Assembly (NCBI GenBank): GCA_963663965.2
Contig: CAXXFK010000040.1
Span: 128,365 to 192,364 of the forward strand
Origin: Sedimentisphaerales bacterium
GTDB lineage: Bacteria > Planctomycetota > Phycisphaerae > Sedimentisphaerales > SM23-30
Length of the DNA: 64,000 nucleotides
Direction of reading: 5' to 3'
Part shown: piece by piece, positions 10,571-21,700 of the stretch
How the letters are laid out: each line of letters starts with the position of its first letter
Numbering within the stretch: position 1 is the first letter of the stretch
Notes under the pieces: generated by a model
The model's database searches: none
Told to the model about the DNA's origin: nothing
The model's input: only the letters and a program-made list of their open reading frames with translations
Program-made: the position numbers and the translations under genes

Positions 10571-10827
10571 CATCCATTTTCGAGCTTGCGTTATGGAACG
10601 AATCGAAATACTTAAAAATGCCCATGCAATATAAAATGAGTATGTTTCTTGCAGTCTAAAATTTTAACCATGGATTTCAAAAGACTTTGCATTCTTGCTT
10701 GGAGTGGAACAAAGGGATTTTACCGCGAAAAATACCCGGGATGACGAGACAGTTTATACAGCAAAACACGGCATGGGATTTTTTATTTCATGTTCAAAGC
10801 ATCGATTAAATTTTCATAATATTAGAC

Positions 10828-10857
10828 TTGACAATATACCCTGTAATTGGATATATT
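10828..10857 (+). promoter_or_regulatory. Putative sigma70 promoter of the first PEP-CTERM gene
   Basis: TTGACA-N18-TATATT about 80 bp upstream of the start. Confidence 0.5.
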
Positions 10858-10938
10858 AAGGTTATTATTGATTGGTCATTATTTGGTTTTTTTTAAATCT
10901 CATCGAGATAATATCATTTATTTTTTGGAGACTGGAAA

Positions 10939-11547
10939 ATGAAAAAGTATCTGTTCACTCTGGTGGTCTTGGTTTGCTTAGCTTACGGGCAACCGCTTTC
11001 TGCAGGAATCGTAACCCAATGGGATTTCAATTCTTATAGCTCTGACGATCCTTCCATTGGCAACGGCTCATTCGAACTGGTGGGCAACGCGATCCAGACC
11101 AGCGCAGTATCATTAACATGGTATAATATGAAAGTAATGGACCTGGGTGATGGCATCGGTTTTTCCGTCTCAACATTAGGCTATGAAGACATCTCGCTTT
11201 CCCTGAAGATCATTCGCGGTGATGGATACAGCTATGCACGAGACTGGTCCTGGTCCTATTTTGATGGTAGCAACTGGATTGACGGACCGGATTTTCATGT
11301 CGATAGCTATTCTACCGGCGATATTGAAACCTTCGATCTGACTGGTTTGTCAGGTGTGGATAACAACAATGATTTCGAGTTCCGGATATTGACATCAACT
11401 TCCTTCACGACCACATCCGGCGTCACCGTTGGCCTGGATGATGTGACGGTCTCAGGTACTTCCATTGTTCCCGAACCCGCTACCCTGACCATGACCTTGC
11501 TGGGACTGGGTTCTCTGATAAAATTGAGAAAAAATTATAATAAATAA
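10939..11547 (+). CDS. PEP-CTERM sorting domain protein
   Basis: Signal peptide; C-terminal VPEPATL + TM segment + basic tail. Confidence 0.92.
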   Translation: MKKYLFTLVVLVCLAYGQPLSAGIVTQWDFNSYSSDDPSIGNGSFELVGNAIQTSAVSLTWYNMKVMDLGDGIGFSVSTLGYEDISLSLKIIRGDGYSYARDWSWSYFDGSNWIDGPDFHVDSYSTGDIETFDLTGLSGVDNNNDFEFRILTSTSFTTTSGVTVGLDDVTVSGTSIVPEPATLTMTLLGLGSLIKLRKNYNK

Positions 11548-11816
11548 GCTGGTTTGTCATCGTTTGTTATCAGTAGATTATAATCTCCTCAACCGGCAAT
11601 TGAGCGTCAGTATTGGCCCGTCCGGAACCGGAAAGTGTCAAGTACAATAAAAGCCGATTGGCCGCAAAATAACCGCTTGCGATCCATTCAGATATTATAC
11701 CTGCGTTAGCATTTTCATGCACGATGTGTCGACATCGTGCTTTTTTTGTCCGTTTTTTTCAGTGCAACGGAAGGGAAAATGAGACATTCGGTTTCATGAG
11801 TTAGGGGAGTTTTTGA

Positions 11817-11846
11817 TTGACGGGGTCGTTGTAATTTTGGTATAAT
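11817..11846 (+). promoter_or_regulatory. Putative extended -10 sigma70 promoter of the second PEP-CTERM gene
   Basis: TTGACG-N18-TATAAT with TGn before the -10. Confidence 0.5.
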
Positions 11847-12000
11847 ACCCATTAGTTTGTAAACAGGTATGACGCTTTGCTGAAGGCCCGGGCGGGCAGC
11901 GGCCAAGCGAAAGGCGTGCAGGTCTTGATAATGTGAAATTGAGAAAACCAGCGAAACAAGCCGGTTTACCCGGCTAACCCAGGCAAAACAAAGTGAGGAA

Positions 12001-12708
12001 ATGATTATGAAAGCTCAATGGAACATCGTGCCGCGGATTCTGGGTCTCTTAATACTACTGACCGCCAGCCATATCGCGCTGGGTTCTCTGATTACAACGC
12101 CCGATGATCTGGCGCCGGGCGATCAATATCGTCTGGTATTTGTCACCGCAGAATTGCACGACGCGTCTTCGGCCCAGATCGAAGAGTATAACTTATTTGT
12201 CGCCTCTCAGGCGGCCGGCTCAGCCTCTCTGGCGGCGCTGAATACGACATGGCGAGTTCTGGGCAGTACCCCCGCCATGGACGCGATAACCAACACCGAC
12301 ACAGATCCCTCCCTCGCCGGCGTTCCTGTTTACAACCTGAACAGCCAGTTGGTGGCGACCGGGTATGGCGACCTGTGGGATGGCAGCCTCGGTAACGCCA
12401 TCAATGTGGACCAGAACGGCAATACCCTTAACGGCGCTGTGTTTACCGGAACAGGGACCAATGGCCTGGGTTTGTCTGACCGCCAGTTCGGCGCCAATGG
12501 CTTTCGCGTTCAATATGGCAACAGCGGACTGGTCACATCGGGCTGGACGACAATCGACTGGTCCGGCTCACTGACCAGCCTGCATTTTTACGGCATATCC
12601 GACATCCTGCAGGTTCCCGCCGTGCCGGAGCCCGCTTCCCTGCTGATGCTGGCCCTGGGCGGGATATCGCTGACTCGAATCAGACAAAAGAAAAACAGAT
12701 GTAACTGA
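12001..12708 (+). CDS. PEP-CTERM sorting domain protein
   Basis: Signal peptide; PGDQYRLVFVT domain common in PEP-CTERM proteins; VPEPASL-TM-basic tail. Confidence 0.92.
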   Translation: MIMKAQWNIVPRILGLLILLTASHIALGSLITTPDDLAPGDQYRLVFVTAELHDASSAQIEEYNLFVASQAAGSASLAALNTTWRVLGSTPAMDAITNTDTDPSLAGVPVYNLNSQLVATGYGDLWDGSLGNAINVDQNGNTLNGAVFTGTGTNGLGLSDRQFGANGFRVQYGNSGLVTSGWTTIDWSGSLTSLHFYGISDILQVPAVPEPASLLMLALGGISLTRIRQKKNRCN

Positions 12709-13035
12709 ACCGTTAAGGGAAAGAGGGGAGGCGACGTTGTTGCCTTTTCCTGTCATTCCCTTTTGGGGTTTTAAAATGCAGGCATCCGGTGTTATCATGC
12801 CATCCATTGCCAACGCCCTTTGGGCGACCAGTATTGGGTAGAGGAAATGGCATAGCAGTTTGGATTTGAACAGACTATCAGGCCAAAGTAGCGACCACAA
12901 AAACAGGTAGAAATGTAGAATTTCCCCTTTTTCCCCCTTCTTATTCATTTTTTATTTGATATCTCCCACTAGAATCATTACCATTTTTTAAGGTTCTATC
13001 CGTTTTTCCACGACTCGATTATTCAGGAGCAGGTT

Positions 13036-13527
13036 ATGTTTGACAGATTCATGCAAAACGTTAAATCACTGTTCGGCAAAAAGGATGTTTTCCCGGTTGA
13101 AGACGGCGAAGAAAAAAACTGGATCATCGGTACCAGCCAGGAAGAGGGGCTTCCGATTATATTTCGATTAAAAACGGGAATCTCGGACCCAAAAATCAAG
13201 CGGAAATATGCCTGGCTGACAATCATCACCTGGAAATACGATGATGGAGGCAATGGAATGCCGGACAATGCAGAAAAAATGCGGATGACGATCCTGGAAA
13301 ACACACTGGAAGAACAGGTTGAAAGCACGGGAACCTGCCTGCTGTTTGCTTCGCGTACCGGCAACGGACTCAAAGAATTCGAGTATTACATCAAAGATCG
13401 GCAAACATTTATCGATGAGCTCAACCAGGCATTAGAGGATCATGAACCCTATCCCATCGAGATCGACTTCTATCACGATCCAGAATGGGAAGAATATCAA
13501 AAGATATCCGAATGGGCAAAACAATAA
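13036..13527 (+). CDS. DUF695 family protein
   Basis: WKY..NGMP...TGNG.KEF.YY...DPEW.EY pattern; RBS AGGAG. Confidence 0.75.
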   Translation: MFDRFMQNVKSLFGKKDVFPVEDGEEKNWIIGTSQEEGLPIIFRLKTGISDPKIKRKYAWLTIITWKYDDGGNGMPDNAEKMRMTILENTLEEQVESTGTCLLFASRTGNGLKEFEYYIKDRQTFIDELNQALEDHEPYPIEIDFYHDPEWEEYQKISEWAKQ

Positions 13528-13672
13528 AATTGAAAGGGAGTTCTCCTTTGTCTCTTACCATCGCCTTATTTGGAAGGGCTAATCGGGACACACATCGTTA
13601 TAAAGATAATCCTTTTACACCTTTATAGTCGCTCACCCTGCCTTCCCTCAATCTCTCCCGCTCTCCAACCAA

Positions 13673-14533
13673 TCAGCCATTCCGCCGATTCCGATAGGCC
13701 CGCGGCGTCATTCCCGTCAATCTCAAAAACTGACGGTTAAAATGCGACAGGTTCGAGAATCCAACCTTCAGACTGATATCCAGTACCGAACGGTCCGTTT
13801 CCCGTAACAGCACACAGGAGCGCCGGACACGCCATTCGTTGAGATACTCTACAAATGTCTTGCCGGTCGCCTTGCGAAAGAACCGCGTGAACGTGGGCAC
13901 GCTCATATGGACCTCCGACGCGATCTCCGCCAGCGTTATGGCTCGGGAGTGATATTTATAGATATATTCGAAGACCTGCGACAGGATCTGATGGTAGGTC
14001 TGGTCAAACGGATCCGGCAAAATCGTCCGGCCGGCCTCCTCACTGCTCGCCAGACAATCCAGCAACTCGATAAAACTCATTAACTGCGCCATCCCGGCCT
14101 GCTGACAGATCCGGTCCATATAGACTTCCGCCCGTTCGATCGTCCGCGCCGAAAAGGCGATCCCGCAAAAACTGTTCTCCAGCAACCCGTTAATCGGACG
14201 AAACTCCTCTTTCAACAACAAATCCAGTCCTACCGACTCACGGGTAAAATGCAGCACCACATTATCCTTCACACAGCTGTCATCCACCTGCTTCTCCGAC
14301 ACCCATGTATGCGGAATATCCGCGCCCAGCAGCACCAGGTCCCGGTTGTAATACTCCTGTATCGAACCGCCGATAATCCGCTTGCCGACCGTACCGCGCG
14401 TCAGGACCAGTTCATATTCCGGATGATAATGATAAAGAAAGTCCGGATGGCCGTAATAATGGTGCAGCAGGACCGATTTGCCGGTGTTTTTAGGCAGCGG
14501 GTAAAGTTTCGGTTGGAGATCGATACTATCCAC
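13673..14533 (-). CDS. AraC family transcriptional regulator with a cupin N-domain
   Basis: HYHPEYEL cupin; C-terminal GFSNLSHFNRQF...TPRAYR HTH. Confidence 0.93.
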   Translation of the reverse strand: MDSIDLQPKLYPLPKNTGKSVLLHHYYGHPDFLYHYHPEYELVLTRGTVGKRIIGGSIQEYYNRDLVLLGADIPHTWVSEKQVDDSCVKDNVVLHFTRESVGLDLLLKEEFRPINGLLENSFCGIAFSARTIERAEVYMDRICQQAGMAQLMSFIELLDCLASSEEAGRTILPDPFDQTYHQILSQVFEYIYKYHSRAITLAEIASEVHMSVPTFTRFFRKATGKTFVEYLNEWRVRRSCVLLRETDRSVLDISLKVGFSNLSHFNRQFLRLTGMTPRAYRNRRNG

Positions 14534-14904
14534 AATGATCGGATAGTATCAGAATATTGATCGATAAACAAGAGAAATCCTGATTATTTGTGTTATATTG
14601 ACATAAAGTCATATATTCTGCTCATAAAACAAAATCTTAATTTTATAATTGCATCGTTTTGGTATAGCTTTAGGATACCTCTATAGATTGATTAAGAAAT
14701 AAATGCGGAATTGTATTTTTTTACTTCAGAAAAACAAGACATTAAGGGCCTCAAACACAGACCGTCATCCAGTTTCAAGTTTTTTAGGTGCATAATAGCT
14801 CATTTTCAGCACATGGATTACAGCGAAGCGGCCTTGAATGAATTTTAAGGTCACGCAAAAAGCATTTTATCACATACTACCCTTTGCCAGAAAGGACCAT
14901 TGTT

Positions 14905-15741
14905 ATGAAAAAACAAAATGGGTTTACCCTGATCGAACTGCTGGTGGTCATTTCGATTATCGCCTTGCTGGTTGCGATCCTGATGCCCGCGCTCGGCAAA
15001 GCAAAAGAGCAGGCCAAAGCCCTGGTCTGTGAAACCAACATCAAACAACTCATCACCTGCTGGACCATGTACAACAACGATAACGACGGCAAAATGCCCG
15101 GCTCTTGGAACAACACCCCCAATCGCCATGGCGGCGGTAAACCCTCCGACTGGGTCTGGGCGCCCTGGACCGTTGGCGGTACCAATAATGAATCCGATGC
15201 CATTCCACTCGCGTCCCTGAAAACTTGCACCGAACGCGAAAAGATCGAAGGCTTCAAACGGGGCTCCATGTGGAAATATATCCAGGACCCCCAACTGTTG
15301 CATTGTGCCAGTGACAAAATCAATTACCGCAGCTATTCCATGCCCGATTCCCTCAATGGCCATTGGGGCAGCAATGTCGGCGGAACGCACAACTGGCTCA
15401 ATCTGATGCGTGTGGATAAAATCAAACGCCCGGCGGAACGATACGTCTTTTTAGAAGAATGTGATGATCGTGGCTACAATATGAATTCATGGGTTCTCCC
15501 CGGCCTGACCGGTAACTCATTGGGCGATCCACTGGTTACCTGGCATTCCGGATTGAGCAACCTGGGTTTCGCCGATGGCCATGCCGAATCCTACAAATGG
15601 TCTAAAGAAGTCGCTGACTATTTTATCAAATTTAAATTCTCAACCATCAGTACCGGCACTGGTTCCGGCTGGGGCATGACCCCGACCACCCCGGAAGGAA
15701 AACAGGACCTCAGATATCTGCAACGCGGTTTTCCGCAATAA
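14905..15741 (+). CDS. Prepilin-type N-terminal cleavage/methylation protein (DUF1559-like, H-X9-DG)
   Basis: [38 protein letters not shown]. Confidence 0.92.
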   Translation: MKKQNGFTLIELLVVISIIALLVAILMPALGKAKEQAKALVCETNIKQLITCWTMYNNDNDGKMPGSWNNTPNRHGGGKPSDWVWAPWTVGGTNNESDAIPLASLKTCTEREKIEGFKRGSMWKYIQDPQLLHCASDKINYRSYSMPDSLNGHWGSNVGGTHNWLNLMRVDKIKRPAERYVFLEECDDRGYNMNSWVLPGLTGNSLGDPLVTWHSGLSNLGFADGHAESYKWSKEVADYFIKFKFSTISTGTGSGWGMTPTTPEGKQDLRYLQRGFPQ

Positions 15742-15770
15742 CCCATTATACCAGAAAGTACGATTGCACC

Positions 15771-17111
15771 ATGATGAGCAAAGAAAGAGTGTTGGCCGCG
15801 TTCAACCGCGTCCAGACCGATCGAGTTCCCATCGATTTCGGGGGCCATCGGTCCTCTGGAATCTCCGCGATTGCCTATGCCCGGCTGCGCGATTATCTCG
15901 ACCTGCCCCCCAAACCGGTCCGGGTCTACGATATGATTCAGCAACTGGCTGTGATTGACGACGATGTCCTGGACCTGTTTGAGGTGGATACCATCGAACT
16001 GGGACGCGGTTTTTGTCTCCGGGACAGCGACTGGAAAGACTGGATACTCCCCGACGGCACACCCTGCCAGGTCCCCGCTTATGTCCATCTCGAACAACGC
16101 GGCCTCGACTGGTTCCTGCTGGCGGACGATGGCATTGAACTGGCCGTTCAACGCGATGGCTGTCTCTATTTCGAACAGACCTGTTTCCCCTATCTCAATC
16201 GCAATCCAGAATCCGAATCCTTTGACAACTTGCCCGATACCCTCCGGCATGTTGTCTGGGCCTCCGTGCCGCATCCGGGAGCCCACCTGCCCTTAACCGA
16301 CGAAAATCTAAAAATCATGGCCCAACGTACCCGTCAGTTACGCGCCGGCACCGACCGGGCCATTGTCGCCCTGGCCGGCGGCAGTATGTTCGAAATGGGC
16401 CATTACCTGTTTCGCATGGATGAATACCTCATGAACCTCGGCCTGTACGGCGACGCCATGCACCGGTTCCAGGAAAAACTCTGCGAAATGCACCTGGCCA
16501 CCCTGGAACGATGGCTGACCGCGATCGGACCGTATGTCGATGTGATCTGTTTTGGCGGCGACGACCTGGGCAGCCAGACCGGATTGCTTATCTCGCCCAC
16601 CATGTATCGCGAATTCGTCAAACCCTATCACCAGAAAATCTGGCGGCGCGCCAGGGAACTGACCCAGGCCAGAATCCTGCTGCATTGCTGCGGTGCGATC
16701 AGGCCGCTGCTGGCCGACTTCGTCGAGGCTGGTCTCGACGCGGTTAATCCGGTCCAGATCAGTTGCGAAGGCATGGACGCCGATAGCTTGAAGGCTGAAT
16801 TCGGTGATGCCTTAACCTTCTGGGGCGGCGGCTGCGATACCCGCCAGGTTCTGCCCCATGGCTCCCAACAGGAGATCATCCAACACACCCGCCAACAGAT
16901 CGACACCATGAATCAAAACGGCGGTTTCGTTTTTCAGCAGGTTCATAATATTCAAGCGAATGTCCCTCCGGACCACATTGTCGCTATGTTCAATGCCGTA
17001 AAAAATTATCCCAACTCTCGGCCCGGCTACTCCAATGCCCGCGCCGGACACCGCTCGATCTCATTGCCTTCATCCAAAAATCACAAGCCCCAAAATAAAA
17101 CCGGAGAATAA
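15771..17111 (+). CDS. Uroporphyrinogen decarboxylase / MtaA-CmuA-like family protein
   Basis: SKERVLAA...DRVPID; DDLGSQ; LHCCG; GGFVFQQVHNIQ. Confidence 0.85.
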   Translation: MMSKERVLAAFNRVQTDRVPIDFGGHRSSGISAIAYARLRDYLDLPPKPVRVYDMIQQLAVIDDDVLDLFEVDTIELGRGFCLRDSDWKDWILPDGTPCQVPAYVHLEQRGLDWFLLADDGIELAVQRDGCLYFEQTCFPYLNRNPESESFDNLPDTLRHVVWASVPHPGAHLPLTDENLKIMAQRTRQLRAGTDRAIVALAGGSMFEMGHYLFRMDEYLMNLGLYGDAMHRFQEKLCEMHLATLERWLTAIGPYVDVICFGGDDLGSQTGLLISPTMYREFVKPYHQKIWRRARELTQARILLHCCGAIRPLLADFVEAGLDAVNPVQISCEGMDADSLKAEFGDALTFWGGGCDTRQVLPHGSQQEIIQHTRQQIDTMNQNGGFVFQQVHNIQANVPPDHIVAMFNAVKNYPNSRPGYSNARAGHRSISLPSSKNHKPQNKTGE

Positions 17112-17129
17112 CACTCTAATTATACTATC

Positions 17130-18551
17130 ATGACTCATCCATCCATTCAATCTGACCGTTCCATACCCGATCTGACGCCGGATAAAATTGATTCAGCCAA
17201 ACTTAACGTAAGATACCTGATTTTCCTGACCCTGGTGGCCGCTCTGGGTGGCTTTCTGTTTGGTTACGATACCGCCGTTATCTCAGGCGCCACCGATTTC
17301 CTCCAGGAACGATTTCAGCTGAGCGATCTGAAACTGGGCTGGGCCACCGGCAGCGCCCTGATCGGCTGCATCATCGGCAGCGCCCTGGCCGGTTCCTACA
17401 GTGACCGCTTCGGCCGCCGCAACGGCTTGATTGTCGCGGCGATTCTCTATAGCGTCTCCGCCATCGGATCGGCCATCCCCCAGAACCTCATCCAGCTCAG
17501 TATCGCCCGCATCATCGGCGGCATCGGCGTCGGCGCCGCCTCGCTGCTGTCCCCGCTCTACATCGCTGAAATTGCCCCGGAAAAAATCCGCGGCCGGCTG
17601 GTTACCCTGGTTCAATTTGCCATTCTCATTGGCATGATCGTCGTCTATTTCGTCAACGCCCGCATCGCCGCCGCCGGTGATACAGCCTGGAATGTCTCGC
17701 TCGGCTGGCGCTGGATGTTCGGCTCCGAAACCCTCCCGGCCCTGTTGTTCGGGTTCGCGCTCATGTTCGTACCCGAAACACCCCGCTGGCTCATCAAGCA
17801 AGGCCGGGTATCCCAGGGCACAGAAATCTTACAACGGATCGGCGGCCCCGGCCATGCCCATAACGAACTGCACGCCATTCAAAACGCAGTCGAGCACGAA
17901 CAAGGCGATTTTCGCGAACTGTTTCGACGGCGCTACATCCCGCCACTCATCATCGGTATCGGCCTGGCTATCCTGTGCCAGGCCACTGGTATCAATGTGG
18001 TCATGTACTATGCCCCCAGAATTTTCGTCAGCGCCGGTCTGGACCGCTCCGCTGCCATGTCCCAGACCGTCCTGATCGGTTTGACCCAGCTTGTTTGTAC
18101 CTGCGTCTCCTTTCGTCTGGTCGACGGCATGGGACGAAAATACTGCCTGTTGCTTTCCTCCGCCGGCATGGCCCTGGCCCTGGGCGCCCTGGGCATCGCC
18201 TATGGCTGGGATCAATGCCCCAATCTGGTATTACTCCTCTGCGTGCTGGCCTATGTCGGATCATTCGCCCTGGGTATGGGCGCGGTCCCCTGGGTCATAC
18301 TCTCGGAAATCTACCCAACCCGCCTCCGCGGCCGGGCCATGTCACTGGCCATCTTCTTCATCTGGTTTACTAACTACTGGGTCTCTCAATTGTTCCCCCA
18401 TCTGCTCAAGACCATGGGTAACAATGTCTTCTGGATCTTCACGGCTATGTGCGTCATCGCCTTTCTCTTTGCCTGGCGCATCATCCCCGAAACCAAAGGT
18501 AAAACGCTCGAACAAATTGAACATGAAATGTTAGGAGCCGCGCATAAATAA
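17130..18551 (+). CDS. Sugar porter family MFS transporter (XylE-like); the last codons come from a MITE
   Basis: GGFLFGYDTAVISG, DRFGRR, PETPRWL, PETKGKTLEQIE. Confidence 0.95.
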   Translation: MTHPSIQSDRSIPDLTPDKIDSAKLNVRYLIFLTLVAALGGFLFGYDTAVISGATDFLQERFQLSDLKLGWATGSALIGCIIGSALAGSYSDRFGRRNGLIVAAILYSVSAIGSAIPQNLIQLSIARIIGGIGVGAASLLSPLYIAEIAPEKIRGRLVTLVQFAILIGMIVVYFVNARIAAAGDTAWNVSLGWRWMFGSETLPALLFGFALMFVPETPRWLIKQGRVSQGTEILQRIGGPGHAHNELHAIQNAVEHEQGDFRELFRRRYIPPLIIGIGLAILCQATGINVVMYYAPRIFVSAGLDRSAAMSQTVLIGLTQLVCTCVSFRLVDGMGRKYCLLLSSAGMALALGALGIAYGWDQCPNLVLLLCVLAYVGSFALGMGAVPWVILSEIYPTRLRGRAMSLAIFFIWFTNYWVSQLFPHLLKTMGNNVFWIFTAMCVIAFLFAWRIIPETKGKTLEQIEHEMLGAAHK

Positions 18552-18714
18552 ATGCTGCATTTATCGCACAGTTTGTTGCCAGATTCAGTCGCGCCGATTG
18601 AGCGAAACCGCAGGCATAGTTATTATGCTATGTCGAGGATTTCGCGATTGAGAAGCGACTGAAGATGGCGGCAAGATGGGATGAGAAATGGAGGTGTTAT
18701 TTTTGCGCGGTTCC
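18534..18714. mobile_element. 181-bp MITE, copy 1 (IS5-like ends)
   Basis: TIRs GGAGCCGCGCATAAATAA / TTATTTTTGCGCGGTTCC; TTA(G) on both flanks; near-identical copy at 29841-30021. Confidence 0.85.
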
Positions 18715-18767
18715 TTAGGCATCTGACTTTGCATAGAATAATATATCCAATCATCAGGAGATCAATT

Positions 18768-21700
18768 ATGAAACGATTATCATGGCTCGCGTTATGGCTG
18801 GTGTGCGCTCTGGTCACCATGACTGTTCAGGCAGAAAACACCATCTGGCAAATCGGCCGGGCCGACCACAGCGCGGCGGAGTTTTCGCTCGCGCCTAGCC
18901 ATTACCAGGATCACACCACCCGGTTCCCGGCCGGATGCTATTATGAAATCGGCGCATCCCAGCCATCTGATGACTGGTCTTATGTCCTGCCCGGACCCCG
19001 CGATGGCTGGGCCGGCAGCAGCGCCCACTCCGCCACTATCGTCTTTGCTCTCGATCAGGCTCCTAATGCCAACTGCCGGCTGGAACTCGCCTTCGTCGAT
19101 ACCCACAACTATGCCCCGCCCAGACTCCATATCCAGGTCAACGGCCAGTCCCAAACGTTCAGATTGCCCGCCGGCGGACCCGATGACTCCATCAACGGCG
19201 ACTACGCCAAAGGCAAACCTGCCCAGCTCAACGTCGACCTGCCCGCCGGTCAACTCGTCGCCGGCAACAATGTGATCCAGATCGTCAACAATGATGGTTC
19301 CTGGTGCATCTTCGATAGCCTCACCCTCAAAGGCTCCGATGGTCCGTCAACTACTGCTATCAAACCCGACACTCGGATTGTCAATACCCAAACCGGCATG
19401 TTCGCCCTGCGCGGACCTGGCGATACCTGCCTCTCGCCCGTTGATCTCACCATTCTGCATACCAGCGAGCCGGTCAAGGTTCAATTCCAATCTGGAAATA
19501 AGACTCTCAGCGCCACCACCCTCAAGCGCGGCCTCAACACCATCCAGCTCAGCATCCCTTCTGTAGACGCCGAAACGACGCTCCCCCTGAAACTGGTCAT
19601 ACCCAATACCGCCGCTATCCAGACCTCCGTAACCATCCAGCCGGTCCGCAAATGGGAGGTGCACCTCATCCACCAGACCCACCTCGATATCGGCTACACC
19701 CACCCCCAGGAAGATGTGCTCCAGCTCCAGGTGGACCACCTGAAAAAGGCGCTCGCTTATATCGAAGCCTCCAAAGATTATCCCCCCGAAGCGCAATTTA
19801 AATGGCACCCCGAAGGTATGTGGGCGGTGGAAGAATTCTTCCGAACTGCCACCGACGCCGAGAAAACCGCCTTCATCAATGCCGCCCGTACCGGCCACAT
19901 CCATCTCGACGCTTTTTACGCCCAGGCCATGACCTGCATCTACAGCGATGAAGAACTCTTCGAACTGCTGGCCAGCGCCAAGCAATTCGAAAGGGATTAT
20001 CAGGTCCCCGTCCTCAGCGCCACCTCGTCCGACATCCCCGGCTTTGCCTGGGGCGCCGTACCCGTGCTGGCCCAGAACGGCGTCCGCTACTTCAGCGTCG
20101 CGCCCAACCGCGTCCATCGCATCGGCCATGTCTTCGACTGGGGCGACAAACCCTTCTGGTGGCAATCGCCCAGCGGACAGGAAAAAATCCTGTTCTGGAT
20201 GAGCGGCAAAGACTACTCCCATTTCCACGGCCAGCCCATCGGCCATCGCATCACCCCGCAGGAAATCATGCCCGTCCTCCAGGAAATGCAGGACAAAGGC
20301 TACCCCTACGATCTCATGCACCTCCGTTACAATATCGGCGCCGACAACGGCCCGCCCAACCCGGTCCTGCCTGAAGTTGTACACGAATGGAACAAAAAAT
20401 ACGCCTGGCCCAGACTCATCATCAGCACCAACTCGGCTATGTTCCAGGAATTCGAAAAACGCTATGGCGACCAACTGCCCACCCTGCGCGGCGATTTCAC
20501 CGGCCACTGGGAAGATGGCGCCGCCTCCACCGCCGCCGATACCGCCATTGACCGCCAGGCACGCGACGCCCTGGTTCAGGCCCAGATCCTCTGGACCCTG
20601 CATAATCCCAAGGGCTATCCCTATAATGACTTCAAAGAGGCCTGGACCAACGCCATTATGTACGATGAACACACCTGGGGCGCCTGGAACAGCATTTCCG
20701 AGCCCGATAGCGAATTCGCCATCCGTCAGGCCGTCTACAAACAGAAATTCGCTCTCAATGCCGCCGCCCAGACCAGCCGGTTATTAAACCAGGCACTGGC
20801 CTCCGAAATCGTCGGCACTCCCTCCACCATCGATATATACAACACTGCCAACTGGCCCCGGACCGATCTGGTCATTCTAACCGCCGATCAATCCAGAATT
20901 GGTGACCAGGTAATTGATGCCGCCACCAACCGGACTATCCCATCCCAACGGCTCCAGGATGGATCCCTGGCCTTTGTCGCCCAAGAAGTCCCGCCCCTTG
21001 GCGCCAAACGCTACCAGATCAAATCCGCTCTACCCCTTAAATCCGGTTCCGCCCAGGCCTCCGGCCACACCCTCTCTAACTCGATCCTCTCGATCACTGT
21101 CAATCCCGACAATGGCGCCATCAGCAGCTTGAAAACCAAATCCAATAATGCCGAATGGGTCCGGCCCGACAGCGCCGGTTTGAACGATTACCTCTACATC
21201 ATTGGCCGCGACGCCACAAAAAACCACCAGTTGATTGAAGGCCCGGTCACCATCACCGTTCAGGACCCCGGCCCGCTGGTCGCCACCCTCGTGATTGAAT
21301 CCGGCGCGCCCGGCTGTAACAAACTCACGCGCAAACTTCGTCTGGTCGACGGCCTCGACACCCTCGCCATCGAAAACATCACCGACAAACTCAAGGAACG
21401 CCGCCCGGAAAGCGTCTTCTTTGCGTTTCCCCTGAATATCACCGGCGGCCAGTGGCGCCTCGATATCCCCTGGGCCATCATGCGCCCCGAACGTGACCAG
21501 CTCCCCGGCGCCAATCGCAATTTCTTCACTATGCAGCGCTGGGCAGACCTGTCCAATAAACGGTCAGGACTTACTCTGGTTTCGCTCGACGCCCCCATGG
21601 TCGAGTTCGATCCGATATTTACCCGCCCCTACTCCAAAGAAGATTGGCGCACCCAATGTCAGCCCGATCAGACCTTCTGGTCATGGGTCATGAACAACCA

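Noticed and set aside
18681..18767. N-terminal extension of the GH38-like ORF in the track
   Set aside because: Starts inside the MITE; the RBS and signal peptide point to 18768
19347..20672. Long antisense ORFs (also 24747-26168, 47205-48539, 45250-46092)
   Set aside because: Shadow frames of well-supported GC-rich genes with no recognisable motifs
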